NCBI RefSeq assembly: GCF_018350175.1
Contig: NC_058368.1
Coordinates: forward strand, 232,254,001 to 232,318,000
DNA from: Felis catus
Taxonomy: Eukaryota
Direction: 5' to 3'
DNA length: 64,000 nucleotides
The translations under genes were made by a program, and so were the position numbers. This document shows positions 25,333 through 38,405 of the stretch, one piece after another; positions within the stretch are counted from its first letter, which is position 1, and each line of letters opens with the position of its first letter. Under the pieces are notes generated by a model that did no database searches, was not told where the DNA came from, and saw only the letters and a program-made list of their open reading frames with translations.

Positions 25333-26280
25333 TTAGATGTGACTATATAACATAAAGTCTTAATAGAAGTTCCTCTAAAACAGCGAGCTGTTTGATGCAT
25401 CCTTTCCAAATGCATCTCCAGTCTTTGACTATAGCCCTGCTGATGCTTTCGGGCTAATCATGGATTATCCAGAGAGAAAGCTTCCGGGGTCGATGAGTCA
25501 GTGTGGTGTCCTTCCGTGCGGTCAATTTCTGTAGCTCACCTTGTCTGCGTCTACTTGCATTAAGCGTTTGTCCTGCAATTGAAGAGAATGTTCTCTTGGA
25601 ATATGAGCAAGCATTGCTTGTTCGTGGTTTTTAAAAAGCAACTAACTGCACTGTCCAGCCAAGTTGGCCTCTAAATGATGTGCTCTGATGCTGTCCCTCT
25701 GATTGGGAGCTGAGGGCTTCCTGGCCAGTGTGGGCGGGGGGGGGGTGCAGATTTGGTAGCATTGGGGATGGACCCTTGCATTTATTTGCGTCTTTGGATA
25801 CTTCCGTCTGCCTCCACTTTGGAAAGTTTGTATTTCAGTGCAGACCTTACTGCACAGGCCGGGGCTGTGTTTCCGGGGATGTGTTTCTGTGGCTGCACGA
25901 GTAGAACATTCTGTCCACCCCACCATCCCAATCTGAGCCTGTGGGTCTACTCAGCTGGCTTACGGAAGAACTGGAGAGAAGCTGGGATCCGGCCCATTGC
26001 AGGTTCCACTTTACAGGTGGAACATACTGCCTCAGCTGACTCATTTCTAAAAGGCTCTAAAATCAAGTTCATGAACAAGCTAGCAAAAACCTGGGGAGAA
26101 ATTCCTTTGCTCAGAGGCTTTCGCCATTTACTTAATTGATTGTGTCTCTTGCCGTGCGTTCTTCTTTGGGTTTACTCAGGTTGGCAAGACCCACATACGT
26201 CACGGTCTTAATAGATGTTTTCTCCAACTCACACTGATGTAATTAGAATGTAAGCAGCTTGAGTTTTTTACCCATTTTCT

Positions 26281-26473
26281 TTTCTTTTTTTTTTTTTCCA
26301 GTTTATTTATTTATTTTGAGGGGGCGGGGGAGAGAGAGGGAGAGAATCCCAAGCAGACTCCACGCTGTCAGCACAGAGCCTAACACGGGGCCCCAACTCA
26401 GAAACCGTGAGATCATGGCCTGAGCTGAAATCAAGAGTCAGATGCTTAACTGACTGAGCCACCCAGACGCCCC
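26281..26473 (-). mobile_element. CAN-SINE
   Basis: Poly-T tail, body, TSD acccattttc. Confidence 0.92.
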
Positions 26474-27284
26474 GACCCATTTTCATTCCACCGGGATTTA
26501 ATGAATATTGAACTTCTACCCAGTGATGGCTTCTGGGGATAGCAGGGTGAATAAGGGAATCACCGTCCCTGGTCAAAGCTTAGGAATAAGGCTTCACTTG
26601 TGAAGCTTAACCCCAAGTGGTCTCCGTACCAGTTGGCTCGTTGCCTTATTCTTGTTTGTGGACGCAGTTGTTCACAGTGTATTTTGATTCCGTTTCCACT
26701 AGCAGGGAGGGGGTGTGTTGCAGGAGTAGTCAGAGGCCCAGAAATGCAGCCAGAGAATTTTAAACTGAGTTTTGATCACACTGGCCTTGTCGTTGGGTCT
26801 GGCTCACAGCAGGCAGCCCTTCCTTTTGGAGAAGTAACGTGCGTGTTTAATTATATCAACAATACGTTTTAATTCGTGTTTTGCCTCAGATTTGCATTTC
26901 CCACTTTTGTATCACTTGTATCTGAGCGCCCTCAATGGAATTATTAAATGTATAATTTTGGCTGTTAAAACAATTCACATACATAATAATTTTCAAAGCG
27001 ACTTGTAATTAAGTAAGTGAGGGAAGGAAGCAACAGGCATTGGAACATGAAAAAATGGTTTGAAAGCATTGACTTTTTCACAGACGCCATGGGATCCTTC
27101 CTCCCCAAGTGTTGTCCCTTTGGCCATCCTAAAATGTTGAAGGACTAGATCCCACGTCAGAACCCTTGTATGTAACTACAAGGAAGACTGTCAGGGGCTC
27201 CTGTGAACTTTTAAATTTTTTCTTGAACGATTTCAAATAGAAATACCAGGACATGTGTGGGAGCCTTCAGAAGTTGTCAGGAAA

Positions 27285-27480
27285 GGGACGCCTGGGTGAC
27301 TCAGTCAGCTGAGCATCTGACTCTTGATGCTGGCTCAGGTTACGATGCCAGGGTCGTGGGATCGAGCCCCAGGTGAGGCTCCAGGCTCAGCCTGGAGCTT
27401 GCATGGGATTCTCTCTCCGGCCCTCTGCCTCCCTCCCCCACTTGTGCACTCTCTTGCTCTAAAATAAAATTTAAAAAAAA
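27285..27480 (+). mobile_element. CAN-SINE, older
   Basis: Body plus TSD aagttgtcagg. Confidence 0.9.
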
Positions 27481-30341
27481 GTTTTTAAGTTGTCAGGGGG
27501 GGGAAAAAAAGCTTAAATGTTTTGCTCTGATAGAACTGGCTTGTACCGTGTCGCATTCTTGCATTATTTTCTAAGCCGTGCTGCGTGAGAAAGTAACATC
27601 CCACACACTGCCATTTGGCGTCGTGCTTCTGTCATGATGTGAAACATTTCCCACATCTGTTCCCACTCTATCCTGGTCCCGGGAAATTGGCCCCGTTTGA
27701 GACTATTCGGAAGTAGTCTTCGAAGGAACTCCAGGGTCATGGTATGGGAGGACGAAATGGCAATGGCAGAGAGGAGGAAGCTGGGGGATCTACCTTATGA
27801 AATTATCCAAGCTCTGCGTCTGTGAAACCATAGCCTCTCAAAGGAGGAAGAGACAAAAATAGCAGGGCAAGCAGATGGGATCCAGACATCAAGAGGAACC
27901 CTCTGATGTTTGCCAGGCAGTTTCCGTTATGAGGCTTATTTAATTGATTTCTCTCTCTTATCTCGAAACTGCTCATGGCTTTTAGTGATAAGGCCTTGCC
28001 ATCTGTGCCTGTTCCATGAGTCTCCTTTGATAATTAATTTCTCTAATGCTTGGTGTAATCTGCTGTGATATTGTTAATTTCTAAATCGTTTTACACGTGG
28101 CAGAAAAGAAAACTCTCAGCGACTTCAGTCACCGATTCATGTCTGCCATCCTATCCTTTGTAGAACTTTCGGAGCTTTTCATCTGTAGATCGGACTGGCA
28201 AAAAAGATGACCTACCGTGTGTGAAGAAGCGCGTTAGGTACTAGGGAAGATACGCAGATATGTGCGATAAAATTCCTAACCTCCAAGAACTGACTTCCTA
28301 GCCCAGGAAGAAGAATATAAATCCCGTGGCTGGAACATAAGGACCAAGTCAGACATGGCAATGGAACAATGACGAAGAACCAAAGGGTCAAGAGGAGGCA
28401 AGAGGATGGTTCAAGGGCCCCACAAGGGGTGGCCGGGATCTGGCCAGGTTGACATGGAGTGGGAGCTTAGCTTGGAGATGGACTGACTTTCGTGGGTTGG
28501 TATTTCCACAGCACAACTCCATCAGTGACCTCAGACATTTCAGCTACGTCACGTTTCCAATTATGTTTCCTTGCAGTGAAAAAGAAAGTCATGTTGGTTT
28601 TACTATCTGAAAGATAGAAGCTGTCTAATTGTAATGCATGCATAATGTTATGGATGCAAATATGTGAGGGCACGTTCGTGTGTGGTCCTTATCCTGAAGT
28701 ACATTCTTGTCCCACAGCCATTGGTTCAACCTTAGTAGATGCTTGCTCCTCGACCTAAAAGTTTAAATTTAAGGTCAGCATTGCCCCAAAATATGTTATA
28801 TAAACTTGGGTTTAGTCTTATTTCGAAGAGGAAAGTCCCATCCCACTAATATGAGATGAACTAATTTGTTTTTAAACGGACTAACACCAAAAAAGAGGAT
28901 ATCTTAAGATTTTAAAGTCAGGCACGATACGTGTTTTATTCATGATTGTATCCTCAGTATCTAGCAGAGTGTAGGATAAGGGGGTAGATAAAGCTAGTTA
29001 TTAAATTCGTGTATTAATTTTTTTTTAAGGTGGTGGCAACTTGGGGAAATATTGTCAACGTCTTTTCAAATGAAGTGATTATTCTTGTGGATCCGATCGC
29101 CCTTGTCTGCTCTGTGGTTTCCCCTCGGTCGTTTACAGCAGAACGTATTTTGTGGCTGGTCTTCTCTTTCATAGAGATTCTTCACAGCTCAGTGGGACTG
29201 CCTTTATTTCACATTTAATTTTTCCTCCCATGATGTTTGCTTATGAACATTTTACTTCTTGTTCTTATTCTTAAATTATTTCAAATTCTTTCTAATTAGC
29301 TTTACAAGGCTGCTCTAAATGAGTCAAGTTGAGCACTGAAAACCAGTTTGCCTGCAGTAATAGTGTATGAAGTTCATTAAAATTGGTTTTGATATTAGAT
29401 TATACTTGGCAGTGACCTTCCAAGACCTTATCAGATCCCCACAGGCAAGACGTGAGTACATATAACTAATGCAGAGCAACTAATTAGAAAAGAAAATCTG
29501 TATTTCCTAAAGTGGCACAGATTCCAATATTTGAGCTCCCTTCTGTAAATAGGAATTCAATGTAGTAGTGACCCTAGGTCCTTTCCAGACCATCAACCTT
29601 CCCACTAATCAGATGTTGTCCGATTTCCCTCGGTGCACTTCATACACACCAACCCAAGTCTGGTCCAGCTCTGTCCCCTTAACAAACAAGTCTCGTGTGA
29701 CTGTGGGTTTGAGCCAGCACTTGGGATGCGGGCTGGGTGAAGTGTGAATCTGGGTACGTTGCTGTCCTGGAACCCAAGAGCTCTCAGCCTGGGAGGAGAA
29801 AGAGGCTAGCAACCAAATGGCATTGACTTCAGGTAGAAAGTGCCAGAGATGAATCCAAGCTACAGGTGTCCAGAGAATGGAAGGAACCATTAAGTCTTCT
29901 GTATATGGGATGGCTTTCTCTGGGAAAAGCCCACATCACTGTTTTAGCAGAAGTCATTTGAGTGTTCCTAAGACTTAGGAAGACCGGGGGTCAAGGGGAC
30001 TTTGAGTACAAATAGGGTCCCCAGTGGTTTCCTCCGACAAGAGAATTTGGCTCTGCATTGGCTGAGCATCTGGTGTTTTCAGGGGAAGGGGGGCGCTGGG
30101 GGGTGATAGGAGGGTGGTTTGCCTCTGGTCCAGAGGACTAGGAGAGTGCCCCCCACCATGTCCACTGAGGAGCCCTCAGTGTTTACACTACAGGATAGAG
30201 ATTTGCCTGTGGACCCAACACCTTTGCCACTTGAATCTCATGGAAACAGATGACTCATTTCGCCTGCCATCCAGTAAGCTGCCAGTGGAAATATTTCTGG
30301 CCCATGGGGCTTGATCTTATATTTTCTAAACCACAATTTCT

Positions 30342-31077
30342 TTTTTTTTCAATATATGAAATTTATTGTCAAATTGGTTTCCATACGACACCCAGTGCTC
30401 ATCCCAACAGGTGCCCTCCTCAATACCCATCACCCACCCTCCCCTCCCTCCCACCCCCCATCAACCCTCAGTTTGTTCTCAGTTTTTAAGAGTCTCTTAT
30501 GCTTTGGCTCTCTTCCCCTCTAACCTCTTTTTTTTTTCCTTCCCCTACCCCATGGGTTTCTCTCAAGTTTCTCAGGATCCACATAAGAATGAAAACATAT
30601 GGTATCTGTCTTTCTCTGTATGGCTTATTTCACTTAGCATCACACTCTCCAGTTCCATCCACGTTGCTACAAAGGGCCATATTTCATTCTTTCTCATTGC
30701 CACGTAGTACCCCATTGGGTATATAAACCACAATTTCTCTATCCATTCATCAGTTGATGGACATTTAGGCTCTTTCCATAATTCGGCTATTGTTGAGAGT
30801 GCTGCTATAAACATTGGGGTAAAGTCCCCCTATGCATCAGTACTCCTGTATCCCTTGGGTAAATTCCTAGCAGTGCTATTGCTGGGTCATAGGGTAGGTC
30901 TATTTTTAATTTTCTGAGGAACCTCCACACTGCTTTCCAGAGCGGCTGTACCAATTTGCATTCCCACCAACAGTGCAAGAGGGTTCCCGTTTCTCCACAT
31001 CCTCTCCAGCATCTATAGTCTCCTGATTTGTTCATTTTGGCCACTCCGACTGGCGTGAGGTGGTATCTGAGTGTGGT
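30342..31077 (-). mobile_element. 5'-truncated cat-type L1 (ORF2 C-terminus, 3'UTR, poly-A)
   Basis: Minus-strand ORFs give L1 ORF2 C-terminal [26 protein letters not shown] and [27 protein letters not shown]-like ctaa(a/c)ccaca(a/g)tttct at 30326 and 31078. Confidence 0.96.
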
Positions 31078-31724
31078 CTAACCCACAGTTTCTGAGGATG
31101 TTCCGGAGATGTTGATTCCATGTGTGTGCCTTCGTGAAGGAGTTTGGCAGGCTTTTACTTGGGTGCACTTATTTTATATTATCTTCTCAGGCTTCTGGGC
31201 TCCCAGTCTCTTGCCACCCTGGGCACTCATAGATCACATTGTTCTTAGATGTGCCCCATAAGCCACTGCATAATGAGAGGAGCCTGGTCAAGTGAAACCT
31301 ATTTCATCTTGATACAAATTGTTAATTTTTTAAAATTCTGCCGTTTTACTTGTACCTATTCCCTGAGTCTTTGCAAAAAAAAAAAAAAGGTAACTAATGG
31401 AAGTTGTAACTTTTTTCCCAGCAGACATTTCTGCTTGTTCCTTAGCAAAATACGTAACCCCCCTGTTTGTTGCTTTTATGCTGACATTTGCACAGGGAGG
31501 CCCCACCAAGTACAGCTGCGAGTTTACTGTAAATGTACTGCATTTGCCTCATTTGTTTGCAAGGAATCTGAATTAATCTCCAGCATAAGTACTCACGTTA
31601 AAAAAGACAAGCTTTTCCGCATAAATATTTATAGCAAGACCTAGTGTTACAAAAGAAAGTTTTATAATCCTGGCACTTTGCTGGCATTTTATTTGCATTT
31701 CAGGGGAGGAGAGATAGTTGCTTG

Positions 31725-31816
31725 GCGCGCGCGCGCGCGTGTGTGTGTGTGTGTATATGTATGTGTATATGAAATGTATTGTCACATTGAGCACCCAGTG
31801 CTCATCCCAACAGGTG
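31725..31816 (-). mobile_element. Ultra-short L1 3' end with (CG)n(TG)n(TA) microsatellite in the tail position
   Basis: 31792-31816 identical to 30389-30413 of the neighbouring L1; atatgaaat.tattgtca.attg also shared. Confidence 0.75.
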
Positions 31817-32465
31817 GCTGGGCGTGGCTTTTAATTGTAAGTCACGTCCTGTAAGGATCTCAGGACAAAATCACTGGCGAGCCTGCAGGTTAAGAAGAGC
31901 AGACTGATGCTTGTTGACTGGGGTCTGTCCACCGGCTGACACGGGGCTGCATCGTGGAGGGCACTGCGAGACTCCAGGCTCCCGCTTGCAGATGGCCCGT
32001 CTCTGTGGCTCTCCGCTGTATCTTCAGCACCTTCTCAGTGCCCGGTGCAGAGTAGCTGCTCAGTGAATGATGTGAAATGCATTGGGGGCCTTCAGGTCAA
32101 AGGAGAGCCGTTACGTTTTGTACCAGTAAGCAGAGACGACGCGATCTCTCAAGAGGCCCGAAACTGTCCTCATATTCGTTGGTGTGCATGCAGAGAAGAG
32201 TCATTTCTTCAATATCTTATTCGTGTCTCTTACCCTCACTTAAACATTTGGGCACCCTTTCTCAGGGCCCCCCTCTGAGAGGAGGCATTGGAGGTTACAT
32301 AGCTAGTGGTGCCAACTCGCACGTAGCGGGGAGTCTGAGCGTAGACAGAGACGCATGGCCATTTTAAAGCAAGGACTTCTGTCCCGACTTCTCTCAGGCT
32401 GACTCGTCCAGTGGTTGAGCTGCTTGGTAAATGGTGTCGGCTCTGAGGATCAGAAATGGTTGAGA

Positions 32466-32685
32466 GCCTGGGTGGCTCAGTCAGTTAAGCATCCGACCTC
32501 AGGTCAGGTCATGATCTCCCGGTCCCTGAGTTCGAGCCCCGCGTCGGGCTGTGTGCTGGCAGCTCGGAGCCTGGAGCCTGCTTCGGATCCTGTGTCTCCC
32601 TGTCTCTCTGCCCTTCCCCCACCCACGCTCTGTGTCTCTCTGTGTCTCAAAAACGAGTAAATGTTAAGAAAAGGAAAAAAAAGAA
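32466..32685 (+). mobile_element. CAN-SINE, slightly 5'-clipped
   Basis: TSD gaaatggttgagagcc on both sides. Confidence 0.94.
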
Positions 32686-33059
32686 CGAAATGGTTGAGAG
32701 CCAGGATCGCCACTCACTTGGAAGGTGCCTTTGTGTGAATCTGAGCACGTTTCCCCTTCTGGGGGTCACGGCGCCACAGCCCGGGTTTTGGCCGGCAGCC
32801 AGTACATTTTTATGGAAAGAACCATGCCTCTTCCTCTAAGTATAGACAGCTCTGGGCCAAAGCTCATGGCTTAGGAGAGGATGTGGGTGGAATTTCAGCC
32901 CTCACCCACCCCCTCGGCCAGGATCTTCCTTTGTGTGACCTGCCTACTGTACCTTCTTGTCCAATGTCAGTTCGTCAGGCTTTAAGTGTAAATATAAATT
33001 ATACCTGTGTAAATATTTACATTTCACTGATACGCATATGTGCGTCTTCAGGATATGAC

Positions 33060-33450
33060 AGTGATCAAGTGGGGAATCTAGTAAATAAGACATTTTACGT
33101 TATGAAGATTAACGGACAATGTTACAACCATTTCTCTAGATGCAGAAGAAATGTTTGATGAAATCCAGCATTCACTCATAATAGTTAAAATAAAAGTCAA
33201 CACAGCGTGGATGAGAGCTGCTTTAACCTTCCGGGAGAACCATAACCTAAAGAATACCTATGAAAATGTTATAGCAAATATCATCGTACTATGTGGTGAG
33301 AGATTAGAAGCTTTTCCATTAAAGTCAAGAAAAAGCTAAGAACTCCTGTCAGCCCTGCCAGCATTCACTATTCTACTGGAGATCACAGGCGATTCGGTGT
33401 AACAAGGCAGAAAGATTAAAAGTTGTAAGGTCAGGGATAGAAATAATTAA
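33060..33450 (+). mobile_element. Ancient L1 ORF2 reverse-transcriptase fragment
   Basis: FDEIQHSLI...ANIIVLCGERLEAFPLKS resembles L1 RT FDKIQHPFM...ANIILNGEKLKAFPLRS. Confidence 0.85.
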
Positions 33451-35098
33451 TCCCAAGTATTCTTGCCGGCTCTCTTACTTGTGTCTCGAAGGTCAGACAC
33501 TATGAGTTAATGACTGGTCATTAGATGGAGGGTGACATTCACTCATTGCTGTGTTTGGCAAATGGCACCGTACTGAGCCCCAGCAGGTGGCAATGGGGTA
33601 GGGGTGCTTGGCTGGGTGGGCTCCTGGCCCCTGTCTCACTGGAACCATAGCCACTCGATCATTACCTGTCTGTATGTTATTGATTGGTTGGAAGGTTCAC
33701 CAGTATTTCTAAAGATTTGGGACACCAGTGAGGAAAAGTTATCAAAACGAATCCCAGGTACTGTCCTGTTTCCTGATGTGTAGAGCCCGTTAGTGCCATG
33801 TTTGACTGAGGGGGTGCTGGGAGGTCCGATGCTGGCTGAGCACCCGTGTGTGACAAATGACAGGTGTCCTTGTGGGGCGAGGAAGGGGAAAACGAGAAAT
33901 AGGTAGCCCCCTCTTCACAAATCTCACAGTCTATTAGAGAGCCCCCTGTGCTGACACACAGGTCATCGTGTTCTGCGTCCTTCGTCCGTCACTTTCCAAG
34001 GTAGGGTGTAGTGGTTGCACCAAGGAGAGAGTAGTATTTTCAGGTAAATTTAGGAGAATAGCATCTTACAGGGAAGGCGGCAGCAGCAAAGGCGTAGGGG
34101 CCTGAAGCCACAACGTATGCTGCTGGGTCCTCAAGACAGATCACAGGGCCGGGGGGTTGGGACAAGGCGGTTGGCCTGAGTTTCTGAATACTTCGAAAGC
34201 TGGGGACTTTGGCTTTTAACTTTGGGTAACGTGGAACCACAGAAATGCAATTAACACTGATGATTCTGTGTCCTGGGGGGGCAGTTCCAATCACTGGATA
34301 AAATCTCTTACACTAGAATCGCCTTGCATACTAATTTGGTTGCAGTTTTATGGAATTATAGATATTATATCTGTAGCTCTATCTTAATTATGATAATATT
34401 TCGGCTTCCACCTGCTGATGTCATTCTTGCCTGTCCATGTGTGTGGACAAGCCTCACATCTCTCTCCCCTGCCTCACATGTTCTGTCGAAACATGGATCA
34501 GGACATTTCATCGAGCAGTAAAGCCAACTAACCTTTAATACTGAGGAATGCTCAAAAAGAAGAAAACTAAAGTTATTCCTGTTGCAGTAAAAGAGAAAAC
34601 TCATATGTCTACATTTACCCTAACGGATCACTTATTTTCTTTTTCTGTGTACTTATATTTGTAAGAAAATTCAGCAACTTAGAGATACTTTAGTCATGTT
34701 TAGGGAGAGCAGACATTTCTATTCTGCCAACCTATAGAATTTTTTGCCTAAATGAATAGAAATTGAAGCACAGAGAAGTCAATATTCTTGCTTAAATTTT
34801 GCAATGTCTCCTAGAATAGAAAAATGAATTTTAAAGTTACCCACAGTACAGAATCCTAAATATTTTAACTGGGGCATTCTCCATAGGCATGAAAGATGGC
34901 TTTGAATAAGAAACACTCGTTATTAAAGAAGCAACCTTCTAGAATGAGACAGTTGTAACTCCATTTGTTGGTTCAGATAACTTTCAAGTAGCTTCCAAAT
35001 AAGTGACCTCCCATCATGAGGTTTTATATTTTCATATAAAATATATTTATGCCCTGTAAAAGTCTTTATATTTTATATAGTGTCAAAAAAGGGGAAAG

Positions 35099-35341
35099 GG
35101 GGGCGCCTGGGTGGCGCAGTCAGTTGAACGTCCGACTTCAGCCAGGTCACGATCTCGCGGTCCATGAGTTCGAGCCCCGCGTTGGGCTCTGGGCTGATGG
35201 CTCAGAGCCTGGAGCCTGTTTCCGATTCTGTGTTTCCCTCTCTCTCTGCCCCTCCCCCGTTCATGCTCTGTCTCTCTCTGTCCCAAAAATAAACAAAAAA
35301 CGTTGAAAAAAAAAAATAAATAAATAAATAAATAAATTTAA
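35099..35341 (+). mobile_element. Young cat-type SINEC
   Basis: Near-consensus body; flanks aaaaaagggg(g)aaagg. Confidence 0.95.
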
Positions 35342-35842
35342 AAAAAAGGGGGAAAGGTTTGTATGGCTAAAAACTAGGAAATGGATATGCGGCATGCATT
35401 AGGATACTTGTGGTTAGAAATACTTGTGGTTAGAAATATGGATTTGGGAGTTTACCCACTCCACGATCCAATCAGCATTTTATATTTTAGGAATTTACAG
35501 CAGAATAATTTTCTCATCATATTTAAGTAGATGAAAATCCACAGTCCTGTTTAGTCTTCAAACATTGATTTGGACAGTTACTTTTTATAGGAAACTTCCA
35601 GATTAATAAACAGTTTTGTATCATTGCCATGTGTTAAGTATATTCGAGTCTAGAAATGTTTAAGTTTACCTTGTAAGTTTGGTTTCAACATCTTGAATAT
35701 TTAATCCCACTGAAGTCCCTGTTTGTGGGAAAATGGCCACATTAAACCTAGTGGCCAAGATCAAGGCCAGGTTTAGGAAGCAGGAAAAAACACAGGGATT
35801 TTGCTGTCCAGCCTTGTGGCAAAGACTCTGTCCTTGGAATGT

Positions 35843-36060
35843 CTTTTTTTTTTTTTAATTTTTTAAATCAATTTATTTATTTTGAAAGAGACAGAGAGAG
35901 TGAGTGGGGGGACGGGCAGGGAGAGAGAGAGAATCCGAAGCAGGCTCCACACTGTCAGCACACAGCTCGATGTGGGGCTCGAAGTCACACGCTGTGAGAT
36001 CATGACCTGAGCTGAAACCAAGAGATGGTCACTTAATTGACTGAACCGCCCAGGCGCCCC
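35843..36060 (-). mobile_element. CAN-SINE
   Basis: Poly-T, GA tract, ends caggcgcccc. Confidence 0.92.
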
Positions 36061-36258
36061 AACAAAGTGTTAATATTCTCTTGATCCCTACTCAAATAGG
36101 CTTGATCTTCTCTTGTCCACACTGTCACAGAGATGGAATTAGAGAGAAACTCATGAAAAGTGGGGCATAAAGTAGCAGAATTGTGGCCTAAAACTTAGGT
36201 TATAGACAATAACACCAACAAAAAAGTAGATGCAAGAAATGTTTTTTTGGCTGTGGTT

Positions 36259-36297
<39 letters not shown>

Positions 36298-36298
36298 A
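36259..36298. repeat. (AGAA)10 microsatellite
   Basis: Perfect tetranucleotide run. Confidence 0.97.
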
Positions 36299-37249
36299 AA
36301 TGTACTCCATCAGTGGTATTGTCAGTAATAAGTAGATTTAATTATAGCCCCTAAGAAATCACTAAGTCATTAAATTAAGATCTGAGAGACAAAGTTATAA
36401 ATCTTAGAAATGAATCTATCAAACAGCGGCCATAGACAAATGACTGTCTTATGATGTTGTCGCTTCATTTAGACAGAATATTCACTTTTGTGATAGTTTA
36501 GTTGGGAAAGATCATATTAAAGCCACTGTATATTTATATTACTGAACTAGGATGGTGATTCTAGCAGGAAAGGACAAGGCTTTTATCCTCAGATTGGAAA
36601 TGCATCTCTTTCGCTGGGACACTGGGGGGCTTCTTGTTAATACCGCCCCCAGCTTTGAGAGGAAAAGCAATAGAACAATGATGGAGGACAGAGAACCCAC
36701 CCAGGCCGTGGGTCTTGGAATGAAAGCAGGTCTTGGTATGAAAGCAGCCATCAATTGTTGCCGCATGTCCTGGACAGGCCCTCCTAACACTTTACTCTTT
36801 TCATTAGGATTACTGTAGGACCCTGTGCATATATTTTGAACATTTATAAAACTGGGGCACAAAAACTTTTAACCGTATTAAGAAAAAAAATGAGGACAAA
36901 TACCCAGTATTTTGACAACTTTTTCAACTAGTGGATCTTTTTATTTTCTCTGATAAAGACTTGAAACTTTTCTTCGAGTAGCTAAGATTGCATTTGAGTT
37001 TTCATTTTGTTTTGTGTCAGTAGTGACATTATAGCATGAAGGCATGAGTAATTTAGCCAGAATTGGTTGCTCAAGGCAACTAGAGCATTGAGTGCATCCC
37101 TCGTCTGGTGCTGTGGTTGCGAGGCCGGCACCCTTAGGATGAGACTAGTCGGTCCGACGCAGAATCCCACGCAGAATCTCACGCTGAGTGGCCCGTGGGA
37201 CTGACCACACTGCCTTTAGTTACGAGATGCTTGTGTGATTTCTGGTTAG

Positions 37250-37452
37250 TTCCTGCTGCATGTAAACTCCCATGACCCGTAGTTGGTGTGGGTGTATAAT
37301 CCTACATGTCTCCTTTGGACGTCCTCTGTTTATTTTCACTGCTAACATCTGAAATCCTGAAGACGTAGCTTAGCATGTGGTGTAACTAACTGCCCCAACA
37401 GTGATTTTTGAGAGATGGATGAATGGATGAGTGGATGGATGGATGGATGAAT
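37250..37452 (+). mobile_element. L2 3' end remnant with (TGGA)n tail
   Basis: tgtaaactccca..ctgtttattttcactgcta..gatggatgaatggatg. Confidence 0.55.
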
Positions 37453-38296
37453 AACATGATACTTCTATTTTCATAACTATGTTCTTAGTTGAAAATGTCA
37501 TTTGGGCAATATTACTGTGACCCTTCATTTCAAAAATATAAATGTTGTTATAAATGTTTGGTTTAAGATATTTAGGTCATTAACCATAAGTTCTGGCAGG
37601 AAATAGTCAGAAGGTAACAGGAATCTAATTAAACCATCTGAATTATAAAATGAAAGTCATTTAAGGATCTTTATTTGAGGAATTAATTATTCTCCCACAG
37701 TAAATTGGCCAAAAGAAGAGAAAAAAAAAATGCAGTCCCTTGTGATTTAAATTATCAGCAAAAGATGCTGATAAAACATGTTTTCTGTTTCCCGGACCCA
37801 TTAATGATGGGATCCCAGGTTGGAAAGCCGCAACACCCAAGAGTTCTAACTGTTCCCATACTGGTGAGATGAAATGGCAGAAGGGCTTTGGCCATAGCAG
37901 TGAATGTTCCAAATATATCACTCATGATGTGAGGGTTTTAGATTAAACGAATGTTCTTATTACTAGTTTTTAGAGCATGAAATCTTAGCTGATTATTTAA
38001 GGAACATGAACTGATTAAAAGCCAGCTTTATGTAAACGCAGATAAGAGCAAATTTGGAAGAAACTTTTCCACTAGATGATCACATTACAGAGGGAGTCAA
38101 ATGATACATATGCATGGAAAGTTGGATGGAAGTTAGATTTAAACTTGTTTTACCAGTTAGAGAAATCCATTCCCCTGAGCGTGACTTGGCTGGGAGAGTT
38201 ATGGGTTATTGTGGCCATCTGCACTGAGAAAGGATGATTTCTCAAGATGGCTAGTGACCAACTTTGGAGCGCCTCTAATATTTTCATGTTCCGTAT

Positions 38297-38405
38297 TCTG
38301 ACCAACGGAGCCTGAGGCTGGGCACCATCTCACATACCGTGAGATCGTGACCTGACCCGAAATCAAGAGCCCGGTGCTTAACCAACTGAGCCACCCAGGC
38401 GCCCC
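38297..38405 (-). mobile_element. CAN-SINE head only (no CT tract or tail)
   Basis: ccgtgagatcgtgacctga..gagccacccaggcgcccc. Confidence 0.85.

Noticed and set aside
30020..30240. MER20-like DNA transposon
   Set aside because: Only faint resemblance; cannot be supported without a profile search.
35049..35306. Recurrent peptides such as GAPGWRSRLSVRL / GAWVAQSVK suggesting a gene family
   Set aside because: Translations of CAN-SINE copies.
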